Below are positions 51,443-64,000 of a stretch of 64,000 bases of DNA, in pieces. This stretch comes from Camelus ferus (lineage: Eukaryota): NCBI RefSeq assembly GCF_009834535.1, contig NC_045696.1, positions 44,890,001 to 44,954,000 of the forward strand. The letters run 5' to 3'. Under the pieces are notes generated by a model. That model was given only the letters and a program-made list of their open reading frames with translations. It did no database searches and was not told where the DNA came from. The translations under genes and the position numbers were made by a program. Position 1 is the first letter of the stretch. Every line of letters starts with the position of its first letter.

Positions 51443-54123
51443 CAGATAGATTTATATTTGAAAGAATCTATAGAGAAATTTAGTTGAAAATCTATGTGTT
51501 GTAGGTGAGGAAATGGACCTGGAGGGGTGACAGGACTTGCTTATGTGGTTTAAAACCCAAAATGGTGATCCTTCATCTGATTTCAGTGAGGATATAACGT
51601 TTCTCCTGCGTCTTTCTTTATGTGACAAGAAAGTTATGGTAGAGTGAGGTCATGGACTGATGACTTCTGAAGTTATGGATGCACAATGTTAGAAGCCAGA
51701 ACTCTTCCTCGGGGCTTTTCCCACTGAGACAACCAGTTTCTAGAATTTCCTTATAAGAACTTGGGTGACATGGAACGATCACATGGAAGCAGTGTGTTAG
51801 GGCAGTTGGGAAAAATCAGTCTGTAAACACTCAGTGAAAGAGTATTTTAGTTCCTGATCTTTGTGAAAAATGTAAATAATTTAAGAATATATCCTTTAAA
51901 AACTGTGGAGAGCATCACCAAAACCATTTAAAGACTTTTAAACTCACCCTTGGATTTTTACACTATTTTGTGACGTATTAACTCTTTTTTTCTCAATGAA
52001 GAAATTTGGGCATCAAGTAGAATCTGAGGATGGCAGTTTCACAAAATTAAAGCGTGAGCACTGATAAACTATGCTGTGATTTAGCATTTTATCTGTAATG
52101 TTTTATCAAATCCCTGCCATTCCCCTGAGGAAAGGAGAACTTGAATCTCCTTATTGATACCAAAACAGATTTTAATCAACAGTGGAGGATTTGAATGCTT
52201 CTGAATTTTCCAGGTGGAATGATAGTGTGCGATCTCTAAACGGAAGCAAGTGCTCTTGTTCCCATCTTCAACTCCAAGTGAGTTTAATTTAAGGGGTTAA
52301 TATCACAAAGGACTGAGAAGTCACGCACTGAAGTAGTAGCGGTCCTTTGAGAGGAGTACGAGAACATTGGGCTTCTCAAGACACTGAAGTGATGATGAGA
52401 CGCTAAGTGTCCTTAAAGGCTATTAATGTGAAAAGCAAATTATATTCAAGCTGAATTTGCAGAGTCCTTAACATGACAAGTTTATAGCCTCTCAGAGATT
52501 AACAGCATGGCGGCCAAAAGTGCTTCTGTGTTACACACTGGAGCTTCCCAAATGAAACAGATGCTTTTTGATTTAACCTGTGAGAATATTAATTTCTTCC
52601 CCTTTATTGGCTTTTCACTGAATCAAGCAGTTAACCACTTTTGCTGGGAAATGGCATGCTGTAACATACTCTTTTCTTTTTCTCTTTTTAATACACACAG
52701 TAAATTATGACAAAATAGGTATTTATACACATTTCTGCACATTTTCAAGTTGCCAGTCACTTCACAGAATTTCCTGTGCGTAGTTCAGCTGCAGCTATGT
52801 TGATTCTGTTGACTTGGCTGGTAAGTGTTTACCGATTACTAAACTATTCTCAATAAAAAAACAACAACCGGTCAAGAGGCAAACATATTTATCCTTCTTG
52901 CCCACATCTGCTACAGGTTAAGAGGTGAAGTGACTTGCTCATTTTCAGTTCCCTCTCTTGTCCACGAAAGGATTGCTTAGATCTTGCCTGATTGTTTTGA
53001 AGTCTGTTTTTAATATCTAATGTGCAGAGTGAGATAATTGATGGATTATAATTCTGCCCTTCTTGTGAATGGTTGAGTGACCCAAGGAAAGCTATTTTCT
53101 TTCTCTGACTTATAAATTCTCTTTATGTGTGAAGAGCAGATACCAAGTGTAATGCACTCATTTCCAAAGAGTTTTGAGAAATGTAACTTCGAAAAAGAAA
53201 TATAAAACTTTCCCAAACCTAAAGTGTTATATAAATGTTTAATTATGTTAGCGCTGATTAAAAAACCCAATAGAGACACATTAGTCTTGCTTTTGGCCAT
53301 CTAGTCTCCCTTATTTTTCAAGAAATTCCAGATGCGTAACATTGCCAATTGCTCTTGATTAAACATTTATACAAATAACTGCCTTGGTACTGCTGCTTTT
53401 GATTCATGTCTGAATAGCCTTAGGGCTTAGGTGCTTGTGATTAACTTTAATTTTCAGCAAAGATACTGTGCATCTTACACTGGAACATTTCTTCAGGGAC
53501 GTACAGTTCCTTTTGAGAGTAATTTCAGCACACTCACTGATATTCTGGGGAAGTTGCTGCCAGATGTTTTATTTCATGCCCCACATCTTTTCTTCATAAA
53601 CAAGCTAGCAAATGAGGTTTGAGTAGTTTACTGGGGGAGAGGAAATGTCTTCAGTGGGAAGAGGATGGGAGGAGTTGAGACTGGACCCCACACTGTTGAG
53701 AGGAAGAGGAGAGGATTTCTGCTGTGTGTGTGTGGAGGGGAGCCGTTAGCCAGAGTTTGCGGCTTCAGGCCTGGACAGACTGAACTTGCCAGGTAGGAAG
53801 TTTTCCTGGAGAAACAAAATGGATCCACCCAACTCACAGCATCTGCCCAGAATAGGTCCCTCAAATGATGGCCACCTGACTTTGAATACTTTTTTCTTTA
53901 AGCTAAGTAAACAACCAAAGTTTATTTGAAATGAAATGATTTTTTAAAAATTTTTTAGTAACCAATTAACTGAACACTTTAAAACTGATGGGCTGCCAGG
54001 ATGATAATGTATGATGTTTTTTCTCTAATCACTACTTTTGATGATTGATTCTTTTCTTGTCTGGTCACCAGTCCACTATTTGAGAAGAGAAGAGAAAATT
54101 CTCTTTCTCCTATTCCTCTTCAC

Positions 54124-54278
54124 TTTTTAAAAAAATTTTATTATTATTATTTTTTTTGGTGGGGAGGTAATTAGGCTTGTTTGTTTGTTTATTTAAATGG
54201 AGGTACCTGGGATTGAACTCTGTACCTTGTGCATGCTAAGCACATACATGCTCTACCACTGAGCTATACATTGCCCCC
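54124..54278 (-). mobile_element. tRNA-derived SINE (camelid vic-1-like)
   Basis: Minus strand gtatagctcagtggtagagcatg...caaggtacagagttcaatcccaggtacctccatttaaataaac...cctaattacctcccc plus A tail. Confidence 0.88.
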
Positions 54279-54487
54279 ATGTTTACTCTGTTATTTCTGA
54301 TTCTTCAGGATTGGGACAGGGGAGGAAGAGTTCTAGAAAGGAAGCAAAATTCCTTTCACTTCACAGGTGCTGTTGTAGTGTGTCCTTGATTTTTATTTCT
54401 TCTGTTTTCTAAGATCCTAAATATAAACTCTGTCATTGAGTTAAATGTGTGAGTTCTTCAGGAGGTCACTCACTGGGTTAGTGTCTC

Positions 54488-57290
54488 TTTTTGAATAGAA
54501 GTACAGATGACAATATTGTATTAGTTTCAGGTGTTTGACATAGTGATTCAATATTTTATACATTACAAAATGATTATCATGCTAAGTCTAGTTACAGTCA
54601 GCATACTAAATTATTACAGTATCATTCCTTATGCTGTACACTACATCCCTGTGAATTATTTATTTTATAACTGGAAGTTTGTACCTCTTCATCCTTTTTA
54701 CCTATTTCGCACAGTCCTTTATCCGCATCCCATCTGGTGATTATCTGGATCTGTGAGTCTGTTTATGTTTGTTATGTTTGTTTGTATATCAGATTCTACA
54801 TATAAGTAAAATCATGTAGTATTTGTCTTTCTCTGTCTGACTTATTTCACTTTGCATTATTCCCTTTAGGTCCATCCATGTTGTTGAAAATAGCAAGCTT
54901 TCATTCCTGTTTATGACTGAGTAGTAGTCCACTGTATATATATAATATATCTTCTTTATCCATTCATCTGTCAGTGAGCACTTAGGTTACTTGAATATCT
55001 TGGCTTTGTAGTATAGTTTGAAATCTGGAATGCGATACCTCCAGCTTTGTTCTTTATTCTTAAGATTGCTTTGGCTATTCAGGGTGTTTTGTGGTTCCAT
55101 TAAAATTTTAGGATTCTTTGTTCTAGGTCTGTAAAATAAAAAAATGCCCTGGCTATTTTGATAAGGGATTTCATAGAATCTGTAGATTGCTTTGAGTAGT
55201 AGTGTGGATATTTTAACGATATTAATTCGTCTGATCCATTAGCATGGTGTATATTTCTATTTATTTGTGTTGCCTTCAGTTTATTTCATCAGTATCTTAT
55301 AGTTTTCACAGTATAGGTTTGTCACCTCCTTGGTTAAATTTATTCCTAGGTATTTTATTCTTTGTGATGCAATTGTAAATGGAATTTGTTTTCTTAATTT
55401 CTCTTCCTGATAGTTTATTAGTGTATAAAAATGCAACAGACATCGGTATATTAATTTTGTATCCTGCAGTGTTACTGAATTCATAATTTCTAATAGTTTT
55501 TTGGTGGAGTCTTTAGGGTTTTCTATATATAGTATCATGTCATCTGTCAATAGTGCCAGTTTTATTTCTTCTCTTCCAATTTGGATGCCTTTTATTTCTT
55601 TTTCTTGCTGTGGCTAGAACTGCCAGTACTATTTTGAATAAAAGTGGTAAGAATGGAAATCTTTGTCTTGTTCTTGATCATACACAAAAAACTTCCAGGT
55701 TTTCACTTGGAGTATGATGTTAGCTGTGAGTTTGTCATTTCTTTTTGTTAAAGTGGTGTATTACATTTACGATTTGTGAATATTGAATCGTCCTTGAATC
55801 CCTAGAATAAATACCACTTGATCATGCTATGATCCTTCTAACGTATTGTTGAATTTGGTTCGCTAACATTTTGTTGAGAATTTCTGCATCTGTATTCATC
55901 AGGGATATTGGGCTGTTATTTATTTATTTTTTGATAGTGTCTTTGGTTTTGGTATCAGGGTAATGCTGACCTCATAAAATGAGTTTGGAAGTGTTCCCTC
56001 CTCTTCAATTTTTTGGAGTAGTTTGAGAAGGGTAGGTATTAATTCCTCTTTAAATGTTTGGTAGACTTCTCCTGTGAAGCCACTTGGTCCTGCCTGGACT
56101 TTTTTGGGCATTTTTTGATTACTGATTCAATTTCATTACTAGTACTCAGTCTGCTTAGATTTTCTATTTTTTCTTGATAGTCAGTCTTGGAAGATTGTAT
56201 GTTTCTAGAAATTTATCCATGTCTTCTACTTTGTTCAGTTTCTTGGCATATCATTGTAGTAGTCTCTTATAATTGTTTGTAGAGTTGACTCCTGGAAAAC
56301 CCTAGTTTGAACTGTATGAGTCCACTTACATGTGGAAGTTTTTCAGTAGTAAATACTACAGTATTACATGATCCATGGTTGGTTGAATTCCTAGATGAGG
56401 AACTATGTATAAGGAGGAACTGTGTATAAGGAGGGCTGACTAAATTGTACACAGATTTTTGACTGTGTAGTGGGTCAGCACCCCTAACCCCTGCATTGTT
56501 CCAGGGTCATTTCTGTGATATCAGTTGTAACTCCTCTTTCATTTCTAATTTTAAAATTTCTGCTTGTTTTTGTAGTTCTTCTCTGTTCTTTTCATCTTGT
56601 TTTAGTCTCTTGCTTTGTGGTTTGATAATTTTCTTGAGTGTTACATTTAGGTTTCTTTCTATTTTTTGTGTATCTATGGTAGGTTTTTGGTTACCGTGAG
56701 GGTAATAAACATCAGCCTATAGCTAGCTAGCTATTTGTTTCAAGCTGATAGTCACTTAAGTTCAAACACATTCTAAAACTTTTTAAAGCCCTGTCACATT
56801 TTATGTTTTTGACATCACATATTACATCTTTTTTATTTTGTGTATGTCCCTTACTACTCATTGCACTGATTGCTGATTTTATGACTGTCTTTTAATCTTC
56901 ATACTGTTTAAGTGGTTGATCTACTGCCTTTACTATATATTTGCCTAGACCAGTGAGGTTTTTTTTCTTTTATATATATTTTTTATTTCTAGTTATATCC
57001 TTTTCTTTTCCACTTAAAGAAGGCCTTTAGCATTTCTCGTGAGGCTAGTTTAATGGTGATGAACTTTTAATCTTTGGGAAATTCTATCTTTCCTTCAATT
57101 CTGAATGATAACCTTGCCAGGTAGAGAATTTTTTATTGTAATTATTTTCTTTTTAGCATTTGAAATATATCATGGCACTCCTGATGTGCAAAGTTTCTGT
57201 TGAAAAATCAGCCTTCTGGGGATTCCCTTGTAGTGACTCTTTGTTTTTCTCTTGCTGCCTTAAAATTTTTCTCTTTTCACTGGATTATTG
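54488..57290 (-). mobile_element. Fragmented L1 (3'UTR, RT region, ORF1 remnant) with internal deletions
   Basis: Peptides [20 protein letters not shown] (55281-55550) and [21 protein letters not shown] (55920-56111) are L1 ORF2. Confidence 0.9.
56282..56509. mobile_element. Tigger2-family (Tc1/mariner) MITE inserted in L1
   Basis: ta|gagttgactcc...gtttgaactg...gtccactta left TIR region and cccctaacccctgcattgttccagggtca right end. Confidence 0.8.
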
Positions 57291-57518
57291 TCTGACACAA
57301 AACTTATTCACCGGCAGGGCTTCTGCATGCCTGGTCTAGTGGCATACAACCCAAAGTCTTTGGCTGCTGGGTTATTGTGCCTGGTAGGCAGCCTTTTTGT
57401 GTCAAGATCGCGCAAGGTCAGCTGCCTTGACAGGGGTCTGCTTGTCTTGTAAGAGTGTGTATCCTTGCCTTTCCGGTGGTGGGGCTGCTTGTCAGATGAT
57501 TCACTGCAGATCCTCCTT

Positions 57519-57706
57519 TTTTATTATTTAAATTTTTCCTTCCAGTTTTATTGAGATATGATTGACATGCAGTACTATATTTTTTTTTGTAAGAGGGGAG
57601 GTTTTAAGGTCTTATTACTTTATTTTAATGGCAGTACAGGGGATTGAATGCAGGACCTCGTGCATGCTAGGTATGTGCACTCTATCACTGAGCTATACCC
57701 CCCTGC
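57519..57706 (-). mobile_element. Camelid SINE fused to an L1 3' terminus within one TSD
   Basis: TSD cac(t/c)gcagatcct(c/t)ctt at 57502-57518 and 57707-57723. SINE at ~57580-57706, L1 tail at ~57519-57579. Confidence 0.8.
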
Positions 57707-58639
57707 CACCGCAGATCCTTCTTGACTGTTTTGTTTTTACTCTGCTCAAATACTCACAGATGGAAGATCAGTAAGTCCACTGTGTAAGTAGACATTCAGT
57801 AGAATAAAATGACAGTTTATTAATCTCTGTAACTGACTCTTTTCTGGAAATAACATTACTTTGAGAGTGGTGGATTCTCCCACCCATTCCTCACTTCTTC
57901 CAGGTCAGCCCCTGAATCCATCATCTTCTGTTTATGCATTTTGGGGCTGTGGATGAGAGTTCTGCTACCAGCCTTTTCATGAGTCCTGCAGAGGTGTGCT
58001 AGGTAGGTTTTTAGAATATAGAAGCACTTAGTTAGATTCTGTTGTTTTCAGTTTGGGGGCTTTAGCCGCATCCTAGGGAAAGTCCTCTTCAACCTCTGGT
58101 TACATTTAGTGTGAAGAGACTAGAGGAACCCACTAGTTATGCTACTTTTCTCTGAATCACAAAGACAAAATTATTTGTTGTGCTTGAACTAGATTTTAAA
58201 CTTTAAAGAAAAGAAAATGTTTTTCATCTACTTATAAAATAGAGAGCTTCTGAGTATTTAGTCTGTGTGGTAGTCAGTGTGGAGGGAAGCAGCTCTCGAG
58301 GAACCAGACCTCAGCCTTCGTGGTCCAGGCAGCTCACCATCTCTGTTCTCTCCCTTCACTGCACTGGACTTTGAGTAGCAAGTGCAGGAGGAGTGCATAA
58401 TGATATATATGCTTTATGTTAAAAACTCAACTCTGATATTTGTCAGCAAACTGTGTGTATGTAGCTCATTACCCTTCAGTTTTACATTTTCTCAGTTTAG
58501 CCAGGACAGTCTTGTTCCACTGTTGTCTACCTTTTGCTGTGTGAAGTAACAGGATTAATCAACATGCTTCTCTTTGCCATCTACTCTGGGGATCCTGGGA
58601 GATGAAATGTGGCTTAAGTTCCCTAAATAGGTCATGTGA

Positions 58640-58890
58640 TAATGAGAGCCGCCATTTATTGAGCATTCAGTGGTACTAGGCATATTCTGAATTCTGTATC
58701 AGTGTTCACTCAGCAGGCCCTCTGTCCGTCCTTTACTGTAGGTTTGGTTGCTGCTTTCATTTCATAGATGCGGCAGCTGATGCACAGAGAGGTTAGGACA
58801 CCTGCCTGAGGTCACATAACTTGGAAGTGGCAGAGGGAGGAATTGATCCTAGGCAGTCTGGCTCCAGAGCCTGCACTCTTAACTGTGGTT
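58640..58890 (-). mobile_element. MIR SINE
   Basis: catttcatagatg...cagagaggttaggacacctgcctgaggtcaca...ggcagtctggctccagagcc. Confidence 0.8.
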
Positions 58891-58993
58891 ACAGTGCCAT
58901 GGGAATATGTGAGTAGCCCTCTCTTGAACAGACATGCCCCTGTCATAACCTCTTTATGAAGAATTAAGTATTCTCTTTGCCTCTCAAGTTACT

Positions 58994-59333
58994 AAAAAAA
59001 ATGAGAAAAATGAACTTTTTTACAAAACAGAAGCAGACTCACAGACATAGAAAACAAACGTATGGTTACCAGGGGGGAAAGGGGGTGGGGAGGGTTCAAT
59101 TGGTAGTTTGGGATTTGTAGATATTAACTACTATGGATAATATGAACAACCAGGGCCTACTGTGTGGCACAGGGAACTATATTCAATACCTTGTAATGGC
59201 CTCTAATGAAAAAGAATATGACAAGGAATACGTACATATATATGTATATATAACTGAATATGCTACACACCAGAAATTAACACACTATAAACCAACTATA
59301 CTTAAATGTAAGAAATTTTTAAAAATTTAAAAA
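58994..59333 (+). mobile_element. L1 3' end (artiodactyl/camelid-type), 5'-truncated
   Basis: caaaacagaagcagactcacagacatagaaaacaaac...gcacagggaactatattcaataccttgta; related to 21461-21734. Confidence 0.85.
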
Positions 59334-59587
59334 CCTCCTAAACAAATTTTAAAATCTTTTTACTTTGTGAATCTGATTTTTTTTTACTAAAAAATATTTG
59401 CTCCCTATCCAACCAGTGAACAAAAACCAAGGCATCTACTCTAATCACATTAGTGAGTAGGCTTCTGTATCTTCTAGACCATGGGTGAAGAAGGCAAAAT
59501 CAAAGAGATGCCATTCCATGTAGGTAGCTAGTGGCAGAGCTAAAGCCAGAAATTGGGACTGTTTCCATTACTGGCTACTTAATGGTA

Positions 59588-60300
59588 CCTTTTTTTTTTT
59601 TTTTTTTAAACATTGTTTACTATGTGCTAGGCTCTGTATTTGGAGCTTGGGACACTGACATGTGTCAGACATGCTTTTTGTACTCGAGATAAAGAAGTTC
59701 AGTCCAGTTGGGGCCATCTGTGGAATGAAGTAATTGCAAAAACCACATGGTAAGCATTAGAATAGTGGTGCCATGTGAGATGTGGAAGATGGCATGCTCA
59801 ACTTGACGTGTGGGTAAGATAGGAACTGCTGCACAGGGGAAGACTGGAGCTGGATTTTGAAGAATGAGTTGGCCAGGCTGGAAAAAAGGAAGGAATGTTC
59901 GGAAGGACTAGCACGTACGTAGACACAGAGCATGCTCGGGCAGCTGCACGCTCAGCAGAAGTGAAGAGGGTCTGGGGTGGGAGGTGAGTACAGAGAGGAA
60001 CGCAGACAAGGAGTCCCTACCATAGAAAGCCATCAAGGGTTTGGGCTTGAATTTCAGAAACTTCATTCTGTCTTGCACTTCGAGCCATGGAGATCAATTA
60101 CAGGCTGTTTACAATTCTAGGGGAGTTATGATTTCCTAGACCCAAGAGAAAATGGTAGCAGCAGGAATGAAAAAGAAACAGAAAGAGGTAATTAAGAATA
60201 CTGCCCAAGGCTCCCTTGAAAATCAAACAAAAGAGGGACATGAAGGAGAGGCATGAAAATTAAGTTTCCCTCAGCTCCTTACCTGATTGTTATTCGATGT
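59588..60300 (-). mobile_element. L2 LINE fragment
   Basis: actatgtgctaggctctg...gagctggattttgaagaatgagt antisense L2 motifs. Confidence 0.55.
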
Positions 60301-61329
60301 GGCAGTTCCTGTTAAGACACACCCTAATTCCTCTGGGCATGTTCATGGTTATTGTCACCTCTGACCTCCAGCAAGTGAGCCCTAATCCTAAGGTTCCCAG
60401 GATCTGAGGGTTTGCATGGTCAGTCACCCTCAGGCATGGATACACCCTCCCTAGTCTCTTCTGTGTCCACAGGCCCCACTGCTTCTCGTCTTCACCTCAA
60501 TAACAGTGTTTTATCCTAGTTGAAAAATGTTACCTCTGGAGTTGTTTCTCAACAAAAACCTTGCTCTTCTTTTACGCTGACAAAGTGCTACTCAGCCTTA
60601 TCATTTGTCTAACTTTCTGGGAGAAAGATATCACACTCTACTCTACTTTCAGTCCTAGAAGAGGCAAGGTGGTTGTTGAAAGGATCAAATGCTTTAATGC
60701 TAAGTTCCTTGCATCTGGTAGGGGACCAATATAGTTCTTAAGCACTTACCATAAGCACATAATGCCAGCACAAGGTGATAAAACTCGTGTACAGCATTTA
60801 TTGTATTGGATTACATGCTTTTGTGTATCTCCCACTTAACTGTATGTGCTTTGTAGGTGTAATTATTACTACTATGCATGGGATTTTGCATGTACTAATG
60901 ACACAACATTCTGCTATGGTTCTTGATATAAAAGCAGTTATTAACATGGATTTATCTCCGCTCTCTCCCTACTATGTACTGACCAGTAACAAATGATTAG
61001 AAAAATCAAGAGTTTAGAAAACAGATGTTGGTGTTGATTAAGAATTATCAATTATATGGTGTGCTGTCAGAGGACCTTCAGCCTTTCCCAGATACAGAAT
61101 TTCTCACTCAGAACCTCAATACAACTTTGACTTTCAGTTCTAAGACATGAGAGTAGCTTATCTATGTGAGTATCTTTAAATGATATGGTTTTGCTACTTA
61201 ATAACTACATCATCTGGAGTGGGTATTTTGTACTGCTTTGGCCAGTTCTTTTTCTTAACACAAAAAAAATACAACATAGAGATGGTCTGAAAGAAATGTT
61301 TGCATTCATTTGAAAAATAAAATACCAAC

Positions 61330-64000
61330 TCTGCTTTTGTTAACATTCATTTTATAAAATATCTTAAAAGAACAGATAAAGTACTTGAGTTTACATAATC
61401 AGAATTGAAAAAGGATGAATAAAATATAAATTAATTGAACACATAACTATTTTGCCACATTAGACAAGTTTAAAAAAGACATTAAAAAAATAAAATAGTA
61501 ATTGGGAAGAAAACCCTTCAATCTATTGCTGTCATTTTCTGGAAACTTTTCCTATAAGCACTAAAATTCCAGGTCAACAGGCAGTACCTGTATTGTTGAA
61601 AACACTGTAATTTGCTTCCAAATCTGTCAGCTTAAGAGAAAAAAATTTAAATTTTAACCAGGTTAGATGACTCAGTGCAAATTAAAGCTTCAAGTTGAAG
61701 ATCTGAGGGAGAAAAAAAAAAATGTCAAGGAAATACTTCTGGAACTGAAAAAGAAAAAAATTCACATTATGAAGAAATCTTTGCAAGTGTTCTTGTGTGT
61801 GAAATATTGAGTTAACGAATCAGCCCTCTGAAGTTGCAATTAGGACTCTATTATTAAGACTATTTCCAATATGGGCAAGAGGACATGGACAGGGAAGGGC
61901 TAGGCTAAAGGTCATGTTTGTGAAAAGAAGTTCAAGTTGACCACAGCACTGCTGATTCAATTCTAGAAAATTTGGCCAGGATATCACAGACACTGAGGGG
62001 AGAAAGAGATTATGGAGCCCAGTTTACTGGACTGTCATTGAAGATAAGTATTTCTGCCTTCTACCCCCTGGAATATGCTGGGGGACAGGGGAGAGCAGGT
62101 TAATGTTGGCCATGACCTGCTTTGATTAGGGATTATATGGCATACTGGCTTTAAAAATAATCATACCACCAAGTCTTGAAAAATGGGAGGAATGTCAAAC
62201 TTTTTGGATTACAGTGAAACCAAGTCTGGATCATTTCCAACCATTAATGGCTAGTCACTTTTGTAACTAAAAGTGTATTTTGGTTTAATTATTTCCTCAA
62301 AAAAATTTTTTTTAAGTATGATAAGTCACAGGTAATAGGTAGCAATAGGTTTTTCATGACAGTGTTTGATAGAAAGTTTCCCTTTTTCATTCCATACAAG
62401 TTTTTGATTCTTTCTTTTTAACGACAAAACTCATGGTTACTATCAATAGATACAGAGAGATTTTGGTGGAGGCTAGTAAGTTTTCTTTGCAAAACAGATT
62501 TTTTTCCTGTGTTGTCACCAGTCTTTTCTTCTAATTCTCACTGGAAATCTTGACACATTATTTGAAAATTCTTTGAGAACATACTATGTTTTCTAACATT
62601 TGTATTTTACACCATTCCCTAATCTATTAAGAATGTTGTAACAATGAAGTGGCAACTTTTGGCTTTTAGACTGTACCTAAGATAAGCAAGTCATAAAAAA
62701 GCCAAAAAATACAGTGCTATTCCAACGTGACACCAGAAACTTATAAAACAAGTGAAAAATCATGATGACATAACATGATGTTCATAAAGCAATGGAGAAT
62801 TAGCCAATGCAGTTTTTTTTTTTAAATAACCTACTCACAGGGAGAAATCTAAGGCAAATTAAAAATTCTCTTCTAGGGACATTAACCAGCTCAGAATCAC
62901 CTTAAGAAATGACAACATGAGCACAAACTTTCCAACACCTGTGACTCCGCAAGTACTCATGTCATGAGACCCAACTGTCAAGTAAGGGCATGTGTCAGCT
63001 CGCAAAGGAAAGCACTGGCTCCTTACCTGGGTCGACACTGTGACCACCCGAGTCTTGAACAACATTAATTTCCTTTGGATCTGCCACATGCTCGGTCACT
63101 TCCTTTCAGATCCGGAAGAGGGGCTCACCATCAGATGCATCTTTTTACACCACACTGTGTGATGTTAATGGAGTGGCAGAAACGTGCACAGACCCACAAT
63201 TAGTCCACGTTTAGAAAATCTTCTGCGGGTTAAAGCATTTTACTCAGACCTGGTTTCGTCTCATTTCTTCACCAACTTACTAAGGGAGAAAATAAAAGCT
63301 AACTGCCTGAAAATTCTGAAGCTTTGGTGGAAACCTTCCAGGCTTTGTCCATCAGTGACTTTGACCACCAAAAGCGCAGATGAAGGATGACAGAATATGA
63401 TAGCGGAATCAGCTTGTGATGGTTTGTGCTTTAAAAGCACAATGCCTGCAGCGTGGAGCACATCACAGATGCCCAATAAATATTTGTAGATTTATTAAAA
63501 GTAATAACAACACGGTTTCTGAAGAACCAACCTCCATTTTGCAAAAAAAGCAAAAAATGATATAAATTTCTTCACCTGACTGGATGGAACAATGTAGAGC
63601 AACGAATGAGAGAACCTAAAAATTAAATAGGACCTCTAATTTGATTGCAGAGAGAAAATTAAGAATTTTGCAAAAAAAAAAAAAAAAAAAAAAAAAAAAG
63701 CCACAGTAGCATTAGCACTTCACAGCACATCCAAGATTTGCTGTTTCCGCTGCACCGTGAGCTGGTTCCTAAACTTGCTAGGTGCCAGCTTGTAATCACT
63801 CAAACGGGAAATGAACTCTATTCTACTTTGGGAAAAGTATGACCATAGTTTTATCTGAAAATTATTAATGTATTTCTGGGAGATGGCCCTCTTATTTGGC
63901 ACGCCTCGAAGTAACGCAGGCAGAAATATCAGGGGGCCTCGTTACGTAACGCCAGCACGGCACTGTTGTGTGCATGTGTCTCTCTCCCACCTCTGCAGTA
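61330..64000 (-). other. Probable distal 3' UTR of an unidentified minus-strand gene lying to the right
   Basis: About 2.7 kb nearly free of recognisable repeats, with U-rich tracts on the minus strand and clustered miRNA seed matches. Candidate poly(A) signals are AATAAA (63496-63491) and TATAAA (61356-61351). No coding exon is in view. Confidence 0.45.

Noticed and set aside
61330..64000. Assigning gene symbols to the flanking genes
   Set aside because: No coding sequence is in view and I do not recognise the UTR with certainty. A BLASTN search is needed.

Overview
Mammalian genomic DNA, most likely camelid: it carries vic-1-like tRNA-derived SINEs and artiodactyl/camelid-type L1 3' ends. 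The window is AT-rich, largely intergenic and dominated by transposable elements. I found no intact protein-coding gene. The ORF-track hits I could assign are decayed L1 ORF2 and ERVL pro-pol fragments, and the rest look like chance or GC-rich shadow ORFs. The left end holds a repeat-poor stretch with a possible minus-strand promoter and first exon (~0.85-1.4 kb), plus two CpG-rich putative regulatory islands (~6.7-7.15 kb and ~9.4-10.3 kb). The right end (~61.3-64 kb) looks like the distal 3' UTR of an unidentified minus-strand gene. The middle is a nested retroelement stack. An ERVL remnant is interrupted by an MLT1 LTR. An adjacent MLT2 LTR, probably its 5' LTR, is split by a 7.3-kb L1. That L1 carries a younger L1 3' end and a ~525-bp polyadenylated retrocopy of an unknown mRNA 3' end. 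Other oddities are a TSD-flanked ~590-bp mini-L1 made only of L1 5' and 3' termini, and a TSD-flanked SINE/L1-tail chimera. Repeat family names are from memory of consensus sequences and most repeat boundaries are approximate. I see no convincing evidence for a wholly new biological system.
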